Source: Schizochytrium sp. TIO01
Lineage: Eukaryota; Protista; Bigyra: Labyrinthulomycetes
Assembly: GCA_004764695.1 (NCBI GenBank)
Contig: SMSO01000031.1
Span: forward strand, 5,996,761 to 6,060,760
Direction: 5' to 3'
DNA: 64,000 nucleotides
In this document: piece after piece, positions 49,032 to 60,757 of the stretch
Numbering within the stretch: the first letter of the stretch is position 1
Layout: each line of letters opens with the position of its first letter
Notes under the pieces: model-generated
What the model was told of the DNA's origin: nothing
The model's input: the letters and a program-made list of their open reading frames with translations, nothing else
Databases searched by the model: none
Program-made: the position numbers and the translations under genes

Positions 49032-49145
49032 ATTGCTGGTGCGAAGGCCGAAGTCTGTGCGGTCGCCTGAGGGTTCGAGAATTGAATTGTTCTGGACCAG
49101 ACGGCACCAGAGCGATGTGTTTCTTTCTTTCTTGGCATTGCATTG

Positions 49146-49192
49146 CAACTAACTAACTAACTAACTAACCAACTAACTAACTCACTAACTAA
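49146..49192. repeat. (AACT)n microsatellite
   Basis: Imperfect tetranucleotide run. Confidence 0.85.
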
Positions 49193-50039
49193 CAGGAACA
49201 AGAAGAAGAACACTCAATCTCAATCCATCCAACTCTCTACCACTACCTACGCAGACCCTACTGTCGCTACAAGGCCCAAAGCGCTCTGTTCTCAAGCGGC
49301 TTTTCTTCTCTCTCCTCTTCGACTGCAATAACTGCACAGACCTCATCCCACTCTGCTCGCAGACGGCGGCCAGCGCAGGAGGAGCACTCGCAGAGCGACG
49401 CCGCTGCTGGCATCCGCGAGCGAGTCTGCGATGGCGTGGGCAGAGAGAATGCTTATATTCATTGCGTTGCGTTGCGTTGCGTTATTGCATTTTGGCATTT
49501 TTGCGTTATTATTGCATTGCATTGCATTGCGTTATTATGGGTTTGCTGCAAAAAGTCAAATTCGCAGCGCAAATGCGGAGTCAGCTGCGATGGAGTTGAT
49601 CCCACGCGGGTGTTTCTGGAGCGGTGAAGACGTCGCGGACGGAGTGAATACGCACACCGGCACGACTGCGAGAATGTGCTTGGTCGAAGCTGCAAGTCTT
49701 GCATGCAGAATGGGCCCCTGAGGAGGTGCCAAAGCAAAGATCGAGTGATCTTTCACTCAACCTGCAACAGCGATCAATCAATCGCCCACGACTCAACGCG
49801 CCCTCTTTCCTATCCTCGAGCGAGGAAACCAAACAAACCTCAGCTGGCTGACTGACTCTTTCAGGATGTCCTCCTCGTCCTGCCCATACCACGCCACGTC
49901 ATCCCGCTGGCTCCGTCTTGGCCCAAGTCGCCTTCAGCCTTTGCGAAGTCTCATTCTGTGCACTCATCAATGACTTCGCACAGTGTGTGCTCTATTTTAT
50001 TCATTTCATTTCGATCCTAAAACGATGAGCTCCAAAGAG

Positions 50040-50347
50040 AGAAAGAGAGAAAGAAGAAGATAATAATAAGGCAATGATAATAATGATAATGAGGTAATAA
50101 TGATAAATAATAAAGCAATAATGATAATGAGGTAATAATGAGGTAATAATGATAATAATGATAATAAAGGGAAAATGATAATAAGGGAATAATGATAAAT
50201 GAGGTAATAATGATAATAATGATAATAAAGGGATAATGATAATAAGGGAAATAATAAAGCAATAATGATAATGAGGCAATAATGATAATGAGGCAATAAT
50301 GATAATAAGGTAATAATAATAAGAAGAAGAAGCAGAAGAAGAAGAAG
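50040..50347. repeat. AAT/GAT-rich imperfect minisatellite
   Basis: Recurrent gataataatgagg(c/t)aataat units ending in a GAA run; explains several spurious I/L/Y-rich ORFs. Confidence 0.9.
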
Positions 50348-50756
50348 AGTGAGTTCTAAGTAATGAGTCATCAATTACTACTACTGCTACTGAGTAGAAG
50401 ATATCCTATTCGTGTGAATGAAGTATGAATGAGACGTTGTTATGTTATCTATCATAGGGAGGAGGTAAAAACTTGAACCTCATCCGCCGCGGCAGATCAT
50501 TTTGGAGCTCGAAAGTAGCGACTCAGCGGCGAGACTCAGGACCGGGAGGTCTGCGGGTTTGCGCTGAGGCGACCTCGAAGGCTGCTTGCTGCAGGTCGCA
50601 GGCACCGGGGTAAAGTCTGGAACGTACAGCCGCTCGCTTTGCTTGCCTGGTTTGAGGATTGCGGGTGAGGTGGCAGGAGGCGAGTCGCCAAGCACATACA
50701 TACATACATACATACATACAAGGTACCTTGTCGAGGTTGCGAAGAAGGTCTTGAAG

Positions 50757-51437
50757 ATGATCAGATTTACTTACGTGGCTCGCGTTCAGGATGGGCTGAT
50801 GTTAGTGGCGTCCATCGATCGTGGTGGCGCAGCTGAGGCACCGCAGGGCCAGCAGCACCAGGCAGATGGCAAGCAGCTTATTCGCAGTTTGAATATCCGC
50901 TCGCCAAAGCAATGTACTATCGAAAGTGAAAACGTGGCATTTCATTACCTGATAGAGAACAGCATTGTATACCTTGTTTTAGCGGACAAGGCCTACCCAA
51001 AGCGAGTGGCCTTTTTGTTTCTACATGAAATGCATGCGAAATTCATGGAGCATGTCCAAGCAGAGCACGGGCCAAACTGGGAGCACGCTCTTGCAACAGT
51101 GGACCGGCCTTACGCTTTCATTCAGTTTGAAAGACAAATTCAGCGCTTGAGGAAGGAGTTTGCGGATCCAAATTCGCGTCATACAATGTCTAAACTTAAC
51201 TCGGATCTCCAGGATGTCACCACCATCATGAAGAGGAATATTCAGGATGTACTCGATCGAGGAGACCGCCTCAATAGAACATACGAGGCCTCCTCCAAGC
51301 TCATGAATGATTCCATGAAGTTCCATGGAGGCGCAAAGAAGCTTAACCGGATGGCTTTTATCCGAAAGTGGGCTCCTGTAGCCATTGGAGTGCTTCTTGT
51401 CATCTTCTTTCTCTTCATCCGCATGTATTTGCTATAA
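50757..51437 (+). CDS. SEC22: Longin R-SNARE Sec22
   Basis: YVARVQDGLMLVAS, YPKRVAFLFL and DRPYAFIQF; SNARE motif LQDVTTIMKRNIQDVLDRGDRL; C-terminal transmembrane segment. Confidence 0.95.
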   Translation: MIRFTYVARVQDGLMLVASIDRGGAAEAPQGQQHQADGKQLIRSLNIRSPKQCTIESENVAFHYLIENSIVYLVLADKAYPKRVAFLFLHEMHAKFMEHVQAEHGPNWEHALATVDRPYAFIQFERQIQRLRKEFADPNSRHTMSKLNSDLQDVTTIMKRNIQDVLDRGDRLNRTYEASSKLMNDSMKFHGGAKKLNRMAFIRKWAPVAIGVLLVIFFLFIRMYLL

Positions 51438-51771
51438 TAATAATCATTCCTGGTACCGTCATAATAGAGCTTCTATGTATGCATGTAGCTAGCGCAGCTT
51501 CATATACCTTACTTCACTCTCGTCACCCATCTATTTTTTGCACTCTATCATCTAGACCTATTTTCTCTTCCTAACCTCCGCCTTGCGTTCGTCATCTCCG
51601 AAAAAACGATATAGATTTTGCATTACCTTAATCCCTTTATACTGAATATTCTTCCTTAACTATGAGTAATCTCTGAATGCACTATCAATCGTAATACTGT
51701 CGATTGCGCGAAAAACACAAAACATTAAAAACAAAAAAATGAGCTACAGTTTAGATGATTCCAAAAGTTTA

Positions 51772-52995
51772 TTAAAAAGAAGAAACAGAATGCATTCGTC
51801 TGTCCTTGAAGTACTTGTTGCGACGCGCGGAGCGTCCAGATTTAAACATGCTCGAGAGGTTCACTGTGCCACTTTGTTCCTCTTGTGATTCCCACTCAAC
51901 GCGTACGAACTTTACAAGATTTGAGATCTCGCGCTCTTGCTCAACCCTGATTCTCTCGGCAGCGTCAAGCTCCGCATCGTATTCACCCAAGAGCTGCCTT
52001 GCAGTTTTCCAGGAAAAACGAACCACAGATGGGAAGCCGAAAACAGCGTCAGCGTTTTCTCGAAGCCACTTAGTTGTGCGCTCATCTGATGGGTAGCCAG
52101 AGCACTCCATGGGCTGCAGCTGACGTTTGCGTCGCAGGGGTTTGCCATTTTCATCGTAGTGCTCACGGAAAACCCAGTCTTTCAAAGCACGATCGCGCGT
52201 CACCTTGGCGTAGATACTAGCTGCACCGACAACCTTGTAGATCGCATCAGCCTTGGCGCGCACTGTGACCTGCGCATGGGGGAAAATCTTTGACAGACGA
52301 TTCTCGTACCATTCACAGTTGCCAACCGCATCAACATATATCTCAGCAACATTAACACCTTGTTCAATGACGCGTTTGATCATCTCAATCGCTGACGAGT
52401 GAGAAATAACGTTTAGACTCACTGGGGTGCGAAGCATCATGTTTGCAGAAATGTGTTCTGCGGGGAGGTCACAGATAACGTGCCCAATCCGATCCGCTTC
52501 CTTGCCAAGCATTTTGTAGAATCTTTCGCGGTCCTCTTCTTTAAGTTGCTTCGAGTCATTGAAACCAAGCTTATCAATTGCTTCGGCTTCGCTTTTAGGC
52601 CAGTAAGCAGCAGCGTAGACCATGGGTCCAAGAACTGGGCCTCTGCCAGCTTCATCAATTCCAAGAATACAAGGGACGCTATTTTTGCATTTTTCAGGAA
52701 CGGGGCTGACACGGAAGTCTGCTGCTAGCTGCAACCCAACGACTGCAGCATCTTGGTCTGGGATGTCAACAATTTCTACGTCATCGTCTTCAAGGTCCGT
52801 GGAGACTGCATTCTTAACTTTGCTGTTGCCGGTTCTTTTAGCACTCGAGTTTGGGGTTGCTTGTTCGCCCTCCACTTCTTGAGTCTGGGACTCGTCGAGC
52901 ACAACATCTTCGTCTAAATCTTCAAAGTCACCCTCGTCGTGCGAGTCCTCCTCCAACTGAAGGCCAAACTCGCCCTCCACGATGCCTGGCGCCAT
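51772..52995 (-). CDS. RNASEH2A: Ribonuclease H2 catalytic subunit A
   Basis: GIDEAGRGPVLGPMVY, DSK, YVDAVG, KADAIY..VGAASIYAKV, SGYPSD and VRFSW; acidic N-terminal extension. Confidence 0.97.
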   Translation of the reverse strand: MAPGIVEGEFGLQLEEDSHDEGDFEDLDEDVVLDESQTQEVEGEQATPNSSAKRTGNSKVKNAVSTDLEDDDVEIVDIPDQDAAVVGLQLAADFRVSPVPEKCKNSVPCILGIDEAGRGPVLGPMVYAAAYWPKSEAEAIDKLGFNDSKQLKEEDRERFYKMLGKEADRIGHVICDLPAEHISANMMLRTPVSLNVISHSSAIEMIKRVIEQGVNVAEIYVDAVGNCEWYENRLSKIFPHAQVTVRAKADAIYKVVGAASIYAKVTRDRALKDWVFREHYDENGKPLRRKRQLQPMECSGYPSDERTTKWLRENADAVFGFPSVVRFSWKTARQLLGEYDAELDAAERIRVEQEREISNLVKFVRVEWESQEEQSGTVNLSSMFKSGRSARRNKYFKDRRMHSVSSF

Positions 52996-53864
52996 TGTTT
53001 TCTATATCAACCTCTTCGACTCGATTGATGAGCTGTGAGCAACCAACCCTCCGAGCTTGCTGTAACTACTTGCTTGCTTGCTTTTCTCGCAGCGAGGCGC
53101 GCCATTCCATTGATCATTGATCACATCCATCTTGAAAAAAGTGGTCATTCTACACCAACTCAACTGTCGGCACATTCGGAACTTGCGCAACCCTGATTAG
53201 ATTTTCAATTTTTGACTAAAAATTGTTTCATATGATATTTTAAACTTTAAACATAAAAAATAAATAAATGAAGAACTTGAAAAAAGAACTTAAACAAAGA
53301 AAGAAGAAGAAAGAGGAAGAAAGACTTTTCTTTTCTTTCCGCACTTCCTTTTTTCTTTTATCCCATCCGGTCTTTCATAGTTCTTTGGCCACGTGGTCAC
53401 GAAAAGATACAGAACCCCGATCCGAGTTTGGCATCAACCCTGATTCCGTTTCGAGAGTGGCATAGGCACGTACAGATCTGCTGCTGTGTGCCCGACCGAC
53501 CCTTGTGGGTTCTCGTTGCTGCTGCTGCTGTGTTTCTACTTCCCTGCCTCTACGCTCAGCTTGAACTTCTGACTTTACATCAGAATAGCCGAAAAGCCAA
53601 ACCTACCGAGCTACAAATGATCTGTTATGGACACAGATCCTGCACCAAACGAGGTATTTGCGCGTCTTTGGCGCCAGCGCGGTCGGAAGCCTTGCTCTGA
53701 GATGTGGTCTCCCAAAATATCCGGGGTGTGATTCGCAATCGCGCTCTGTCTCGCGGGCGTCCAACCAGAAAGTTTCGAATGCGAGGGTATCGAAAAAGAC
53801 GGCGAATGGAGATATAGACGGATTCCGGAGCATGCTGCGGAAACGAAGAACGTAGCCCAGGAGC

Positions 53865-54016
53865 TTCTCTCGCCATGTGTAATGGCTCGAGTTCTCTCGA
53901 CACGTGTAATGGCTCGAGTTCTCTCGACACGTGTAATGGCTCAAGTTCTCTCGCCACGTGTAATGGCTCAAGTTCTCTCGCCACGTGTAATGGCTCAAGT
54001 TCTCTCGCCACGTGTA
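53865..54016. repeat. 27-bp tandem minisatellite (~5.6 copies) carrying CACGTG
   Basis: Unit TTCTCTCG(C/A)CACGTGTAATGGCTC(A/G)AG starts at 53865, 53892, 53919, 53946, 53973 and 54000. Confidence 0.95.
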
Positions 54017-54914
54017 GGGAGCGGCAAACGCATCGTTCAAGAAAACGACGCGGTGACTCGGGAAGCATGCAGCGCTCCAGTCCATGGGCAACGACGCCGA
54101 CCTCGACACAGCTGTTGACAAGAACTCCAGCGAGGTCAAGACTGCTAGAACCAGCCCGTGGCAAGACACGTGGCGTCGAGTCAAAGCTTCGAGTCGCTGG
54201 GTCGCTTACGTGGATGTCTTCCCGGCCATCTTGAGGTTACCCTGAGGTCCGCCAAGCCCTCTCGAGGTACATTTTGGCCTCCAGCTGCTCCAAAAGGTGC
54301 CCACGAAGCCCATGTGGGCCTGGAAACGATCGTGTTGGGTTCGTGCATTGGGTCATCGCTGGCTGTACACATCCACGAAGGCTGTCTCCGCTAATGTGCC
54401 AAAGCTTCGTGAGCCATATCCGCCATCGTTGTTGTCGATTTCGCAACACCACCGTGAAGGGCGCCCGTGTGTCGCGATCGCTCACCGCCCAAAGCGCAAC
54501 CGACAGCGCTCGAGGTCTCGAAAGCGGTCCCTCCAAGCTAACTGCGCAGCTCATTCGTGAAAACCTTGGGTACCTAACCTACGCAGGTCTTTACTTCCCG
54601 CCATCCGCGACCGCTTCAAACCTGTTCTTGGCAGGTCAGACGTGGCCAACCATCCACCACCGTTGTTGCAATGGCTTTGGCGCAGCCTTCTCGTCGATGT
54701 CCCAGCGAACGAACAACGGACCAACGATCGAATGAACGAATGAATGAATGAATGAATGAAGGATCGCGGCACTTCTTCTTCTTCTTCTTCTTCTTTCATT
54801 CTGTGCCACAATTCACCCAAAAGGGCCTTTTCTGCAAACACAAAGTTGGTCAATTGAGGCGGAAAGGCGAAACAAAGTTGTCGATGTTGAAAGTGGGTAC
54901 GAAGTCAAAGCTGT

Positions 54915-55353
54915 GAAAGATAAAGACAAAGACAAAGACAAAGAAAAGCAGTGAAAGATAAGATAAGATAAGAAAAGATATGAAAAGAAGAGATAAAGAT
55001 AAGAAAAGGAAAGATAAAGAAAAGAAAAGAAAAGAAAAGAAAAGATAAAGAAAAGAAAAGATAAAGAAAAGATAAGAAAAGAAAAGATAAGAAAAGAAAA
55101 GATAAGAAAAGAAAAGATAAGAAAAGATAAGAAAAGATAAGAAAAGATAAGAAAAGATAAGAAAAGATAAGAAAAGATAAGAAAAGATAAGAAAAGATAA
55201 GAAAAGATAAGAAAAGAAAAGATAAAGATAAAGATAAGAAAAGATAAGAAAAGAAAAGATAAAGATAAAGATAAGAAAAGATAAGAAAAGAAAAGAAAAG
55301 AAAAGATAAAGATAAAGATAAGAAAAGAAAAGATAAGAAAAGAAAGAAAAGAT
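54915..55353. repeat. Long purine-rich compound satellite (AAGAT/AAAAG units)
   Basis: About 440 bp of AAGAAAAGAT-type repeats. Confidence 0.95.
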
Positions 55354-57253
55354 AGGATTTCCTGGCCCCTCGACAAAGAGTTTTCCTCGCCTCCAAACGT
55401 CTACTATGTCCCTGTGTCTGCGACCGCAACAGTGCGGCACCCAATGTGGAGGTCCGCGCGGAGGGTGCACAGAGGGCGTTGTGCCGTGCGAAGAACTGCC
55501 GCGGAAATGGCACTTCGCAGGCAGGCGCAGGCCCGTGAAGGCGGCGGCGGCGCTTCTTACGCGCGAAGCCGGCCGAACCGAAGGCAGCCGCGCTCGCACA
55601 GGAGTGAGGGAGCCTGAGGGCGCCAGGGAGAGCTCTCGCCGCGTATTCCGCGGTGGGCAGTGAATGAATGAACCATTCATTCTCACGCAATGTTCACTTT
55701 TGCTGTCTAAGATACAGTTATGAGAACACTTTGAAAGTGCTGATTATAAATACAATTATCATTCGATTTTATCGCATTCGATTACATTGACTGAAATAGA
55801 TCGTAATAATAATAAGAAGAAGAAGAACAGTGATAATAATGTTGACAAAAGGGGAAATGAAGGATAAAGAAGACTGAAGTGGAGATGGAGAGAACTCTGC
55901 GTGACGCAGGAGTCGTCTCGTGCTTTCTTTGGCGATGGCCGCGAGCGTTGCTTGCGTCGTTCTCAGGAGAAGCGCCGCAAGAGCGCCGTTGACAGAGAGA
56001 GGCGAGAGGGAGAGAGCGAGAGAGCGACAGACGGCGCAATACGCGGAGCCCCGCCCACTCCTGAAACTGAGATCGATCGCGTGCCCACACTGAGGTTCTT
56101 CTGCATTATATGTATATGTTGTGTAAAAGCATGAAAAAATGAAAGAATAATGATGTTTATTTTAATGAATGATGTTTAATGAATGACATTTAATGAATGA
56201 AGGATATTTAGCGAATGAATGATATATAATGTAATGAATGAATGAAGAATGAATGAAGAATGAATGAGGGAATGAATGAGAGAGTTTCTTGGAACGTCTT
56301 CGATAGTCAGTCTGCGGAAAAGAGGAGAGTCGCGGAGAAAGAGTCCAAACAGAGCGCAGGAGCGGCGAATGGATGGAAGGCCGCAGAGGAGCCCGCACTG
56401 CGAGACGCCACGCTGGAGAGACGCGGGAAGGCCTCAGGACCGCACTCTTGGGACAGCGATCTCTGGCGAGTTGAGAAGAAGAAGCCTGAATGAAACCAAT
56501 TCGATTGCTTGCATTATTCTGCGCAGTATTCACTTAGAATGATTTACAGTAGTTAACTGAAAAAAACCAATACTGAAATGAACGAATTAATTCGTTTTGT
56601 AGATCATTGACGAATGAACTTGAAAAACTGTTTTATCTTATGTTAAGTCTGTTTAAGCGGAACAACGAAATGAAATAGGAAATGGAAAAAGAGAGAAATA
56701 GGTAGAGGCCGCTTAGCGTAAAAGCTAGTACCAGGAAATCCCATACCCACTTTTAAAACTTTGATATAGCAATGAGTGATTCATTTTGAATATTTTATTA
56801 TTTTTTAAAAGCAGCGAATAAAAGAGTTGAGATGTGTATGTATGTCTGTCTTTCTATTAATGCAGAGAAACCAAAGTTTTTGCGATCGGATCCAACGAAG
56901 CCGCGGCGAAGAAAATGCTCGGCAAACCCTGATCGCGCGGGCACGCCTGCTGCTCGAGGCGCCCGAGGCCGGCGGCGTGCGCGGCACCTCTATTGCGACC
57001 GCCACTGCGCTGCTGCCCTGCTGCCCTGCTGCTGCGCTGCGGGTTCCGTGGCGCGGGAACGAGAATTCTGGCGTGGAACCGCGACGCCCTCGATTTCCGA
57101 GACCGCGACGACGATACTTTGCACGTGGAGAAGAGCGCCGGCGCGAAGAGCGAACCTTGTTTGAGGCGGGGCGGGCGTGCTTGAAAAGCAAGCAAGCGAG
57201 TGAGTGAGTGAGAAAGAAGCCGCGCCTTGTGTCGCGCAGGATTTATATATAAA

Positions 57254-59884
57254 ATGGAGCAGCAGAAGGACCAAGAACAAGATGAAACGCCCGGAATTGA
57301 GGTCGACATGACAGACGCCTCATGGGAAATGGTGGAAGCCTCCCAGCACGAGGGGGATCTCGCAGCAGATGGAATTTCCATGATGCACTTCTCGATGGCG
57401 TCCTTGGACTCCGAGGACGATGAACTCGAGGAAGACCAAGGCGCAAAGAGTAGCGATAAGGTAGGCTATCCAAGCCAAGGTGAAGAAGATATTTCTGCGG
57501 AGATCAATGCCGAGCTTGATACTGAGAGTGAGAATGGCGTTGATGCGCTAGAAGATAAAGATTGCGAGAAGGAACTTGCAAATGTGGAGGAGGTCATTGA
57601 GGAAGCTCACCGTGCAGTCGAAGCCTTGGTTTCTAATCTGGAGGCTAGAGCTTCTCAGAATTATGCAAGCCAACAAGTTGGAGGCGACGATGACATTGGG
57701 CATAATAGTGATGACGCCTCTGGCCCTCTTGTGCGCGGCATCAACGATGAAGTTGATGACAATGAATCCTCGACTGCACTCTCAACTTCTGATCGCTCAC
57801 TTGATCCTGTCTCATCCGCATCGTCCGGCTACTCATCGGAGAATAGAAACAGCGAAAGTGAAGATGATGAAGAAGAAGAGGAGCAGGCGGAACGAGGAGA
57901 GATTGCAAGCGAAGACGGGAGCATCAGTGATGACGAAGATGACGAAGATGAAGAAGATGACGAAGATGGCGAAGATGGCGAAGATGACGAAGATGACGAT
58001 GACAACGATGACGACGACGAGGAGGACGAGGAGGATGAGGAAGAAGACGTAGAAGACGAAGAAGACGAAGAAGAAGATGAAGAAGATGAAGAAGATGAGG
58101 ATGATAGGGATAATGTTGCTGCACCCGGTGAAACTAATCCTCTACTTAACCCGGAGGGGGTTGAAATGGTCCTTAACAGGTGGTGTAGATTGCTGCATCC
58201 AAATAATGCAGAGTTAACTCTTGGACCGCAAGTGTTTTGCACTGAGCAAACACCCCCTCTTCTTTCCTGGAAGCCTACTTTGGAAGGTCTAGAGGATTGC
58301 TGTACTATTGACAAGGGACCTCACGGCGGCCTCTTGCTTTTCTGGCATGAATACCTGATCGTCAAGGAAGATGAAGAGAATCCCTCAAGTCTTAAGCAAT
58401 GCTGGACGCAAGACATTCTTGAAGCCAGCGAGTTCACCGTGCGTGCAGAAGACTCTCTTCCACAACACGCTGCTCAGCTTTGCTTCAAGGGTCGCCCCCT
58501 GTATACATCTTTGAAAGGTTCTGCTCATCATGAGCAGGTGCTCAACATTTGTTTTGAAGAAGATGAGGTCCATAATAATGGATCTTTTGCTCCGTTCGCA
58601 GTGAGACTCCTCGTACCCCCTTTGTCGAATGTTCCTCAATCCCCGGGCCAAAAGCCTGCCGTAAACCGAGGAGGGCTATGGAATATCATCCTGCGTTGGC
58701 TTTCCTCCCCAACCCATGTTCTTGCTGCTGTCTGCTTTTTTCTTGCGCATTTAAGTGTATTGGCTCGGCGCGACGGTGACGCTGTCCGAACTGAAAACCA
58801 AGTCAACGATTTTCGTGTGTACCACCACAGTGATTTTGCCAGTTTTCCGGTGGTTGGTAAGGAAGGACACCGGATGATGATTGAACCTGGTTATTTACTC
58901 TACGGCTACGAAAACCAATTCATTGCCAAACGCATTCGTCAACGCTCCCAGATAACATGTTCAAGCCTAGACTTTGGTGTTGATCCTTATGTATTCAGGA
59001 AAAAGGAATGCCGCTTTGTAGATTCCTCCGATCCGAGTTTGCTGGAAAAGTGGGATAATAACTGGCATCATCTTTGTCAGCACGGCGAGGCATGCATTGC
59101 TCCGCAAGCTGGCGTGGCTCGTTATGGAGGTGAAGGACGTTGGTTTTCGAAAATTGTGGACGGCGGTATGCACTTCCCATGCTCAGCTCGATTTTTTGGT
59201 GTGGAAATGCAAACTGGTAAGCGGCATGCTACTTGTCAGTTTCAACCGCTCACTGTACAGTTTTCACAAGACGACTTTGTTCCCTTGTGTCAAGAGTACT
59301 CGGAATGTCTAGTTCGAAATGCGCCGGGACTTGTACGTTTCGGCTTTAATGGCGAGTATGTGTTTCGCCGCGTAGGACCTGGCACAGAGTTCCGGTGTGA
59401 TATTTCATTTTTCGGCAAGGATCCTGCAGTTGGGTATAAAAAACGTTGTGACTTCAAGCAAGACCCTGCCACTGCTCCGCATCCAAAAAAGACCTTCGAT
59501 TATTCCAATGCGGGCGCCGCAAATGAGGAAGTCGAAATCCTGCGGAAACGAGTCGAAACGCTGGAGTCTTTTCTTGAGAAATCAAGACTCAGTGTCGCCG
59601 CTTCTGCAAATACTGTAGATAGTCTAAGTACTCGCATTGAAGAGCTTGAGCAGCAACTTTTGGCTTCTGCGCAAATTGCCTCAGAGAGAGATTCTGTTGA
59701 AGATGAAGCTTTCACTGCGAAAAACAACGAACCGTCAACGGAGAGGAAGGCTGAGAAACGTTCCAAGGAGGAGAAAACCGCAGCAAAAAAGAACGCCAAG
59801 CAGAAGAAGAGCAAAAAGCATCATGAGCATGGCAAGACATACGGCAAGCAGAAGTCGGCAAAGTATGATAAAGTCTACTTTTAA
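57254..59884 (+). CDS. Acidic putative single-pass membrane protein with three Cys-rich lectin-like repeats and a coiled coil
   Basis: 876-aa ORF from ATG 57254 with a D/E-rich N-terminus and hydrophobic segment HVLAAVCFFLAHLSVLA. Three repeats of C..(R/L)(Y/F)G...C...FG.(DP)..K.C follow, then a heptad region and a Lys-rich tail. Confidence 0.85.
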   Translation: MEQQKDQEQDETPGIEVDMTDASWEMVEASQHEGDLAADGISMMHFSMASLDSEDDELEEDQGAKSSDKVGYPSQGEEDISAEINAELDTESENGVDALEDKDCEKELANVEEVIEEAHRAVEALVSNLEARASQNYASQQVGGDDDIGHNSDDASGPLVRGINDEVDDNESSTALSTSDRSLDPVSSASSGYSSENRNSESEDDEEEEEQAERGEIASEDGSISDDEDDEDEEDDEDGEDGEDDEDDDDNDDDDEEDEEDEEEDVEDEEDEEEDEEDEEDEDDRDNVAAPGETNPLLNPEGVEMVLNRWCRLLHPNNAELTLGPQVFCTEQTPPLLSWKPTLEGLEDCCTIDKGPHGGLLLFWHEYLIVKEDEENPSSLKQCWTQDILEASEFTVRAEDSLPQHAAQLCFKGRPLYTSLKGSAHHEQVLNICFEEDEVHNNGSFAPFAVRLLVPPLSNVPQSPGQKPAVNRGGLWNIILRWLSSPTHVLAAVCFFLAHLSVLARRDGDAVRTENQVNDFRVYHHSDFASFPVVGKEGHRMMIEPGYLLYGYENQFIAKRIRQRSQITCSSLDFGVDPYVFRKKECRFVDSSDPSLLEKWDNNWHHLCQHGEACIAPQAGVARYGGEGRWFSKIVDGGMHFPCSARFFGVEMQTGKRHATCQFQPLTVQFSQDDFVPLCQEYSECLVRNAPGLVRFGFNGEYVFRRVGPGTEFRCDISFFGKDPAVGYKKRCDFKQDPATAPHPKKTFDYSNAGAANEEVEILRKRVETLESFLEKSRLSVAASANTVDSLSTRIEELEQQLLASAQIASERDSVEDEAFTAKNNEPSTERKAEKRSKEEKTAAKKNAKQKKSKKHHEHGKTYGKQKSAKYDKVYF

Positions 59885-60757
59885 GTCGCAACTCCAGGCA
59901 AGTACTGTTCAAAATCCCTCTTGGCCTCTTGGTTTTCTAATCGTCGCATCTCAGTGGCTTTTCACTTGCGCTGACAATCTCTCTGGTCGCGTTGTATACG
60001 CTAAAGTGCTTGCTGCACGGCGTGTGGAATTTAAATCCGTGCATGCACATTGCGCCTCACTCACAAGTCCTCATGCTCCTAGGCAAACTTCATTGCCCCT
60101 AACTGGAGACAGAGGAATGTCTATACTCCTGTTTAGATTAGAATTTTCATCATTTAAGTTGCAGAGGAGAAAACACATTGTGTTTTTTGCTTCGCAGATT
60201 AACAAGCTATGAGCCAGAGTCCAAAGTTTTGCCTTGATTTTGTTTTTTGTTTTTGTTTTTAATGAAAAGAATCGCCAATTCTAGTTCCTAAGTTTCACGA
60301 ATGAAATGACGCCCTGCAGAGTTCTTCTTCTTCTCCAATATTGTTCTTAATTTCGCAAACTTCTCTCACACATACTGAGTCTGAGAACTCAGGATGTATG
60401 GATGCCAGAAAACTAGAAAGCAAGAAACGTACTGCACGCTTTGAATCTAAGTGCGGTATCGCGGCACTTTCCTAAAAGAGCGAAGGATAGAGCGTCGGTG
60501 TTTCACTTGGGGTATTTCATCGTGACATACACGGATCAGGAAAGCACCAAAAAATGCGTTTCTGTCTGCACACGTTTGCGTCTGAGCATGTTTGCAATTC
60601 CTCTCTCTCGCCTCTTCGGTCTCAGTCAGTGGCAGAAATTATGCCAAGAACCGCCAAGGGCCACCTTAGCCTTGATTTACTCCCTGCCCCTCTGTGCCAG
60701 TGTGACCATGAACCTCAACTTTCCCCAAAGGGGGTATTAACGGACTATTGCACCAGC

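Noticed and set aside
53865-54016. CRISPR array
   Set aside because: The units are head-to-tail with no unique spacers, there are no cas genes, and the context is eukaryotic.
54813-55690. Long F/L/S-rich minus-strand ORFs as membrane proteins
   Set aside because: They are translations of the purine satellite.
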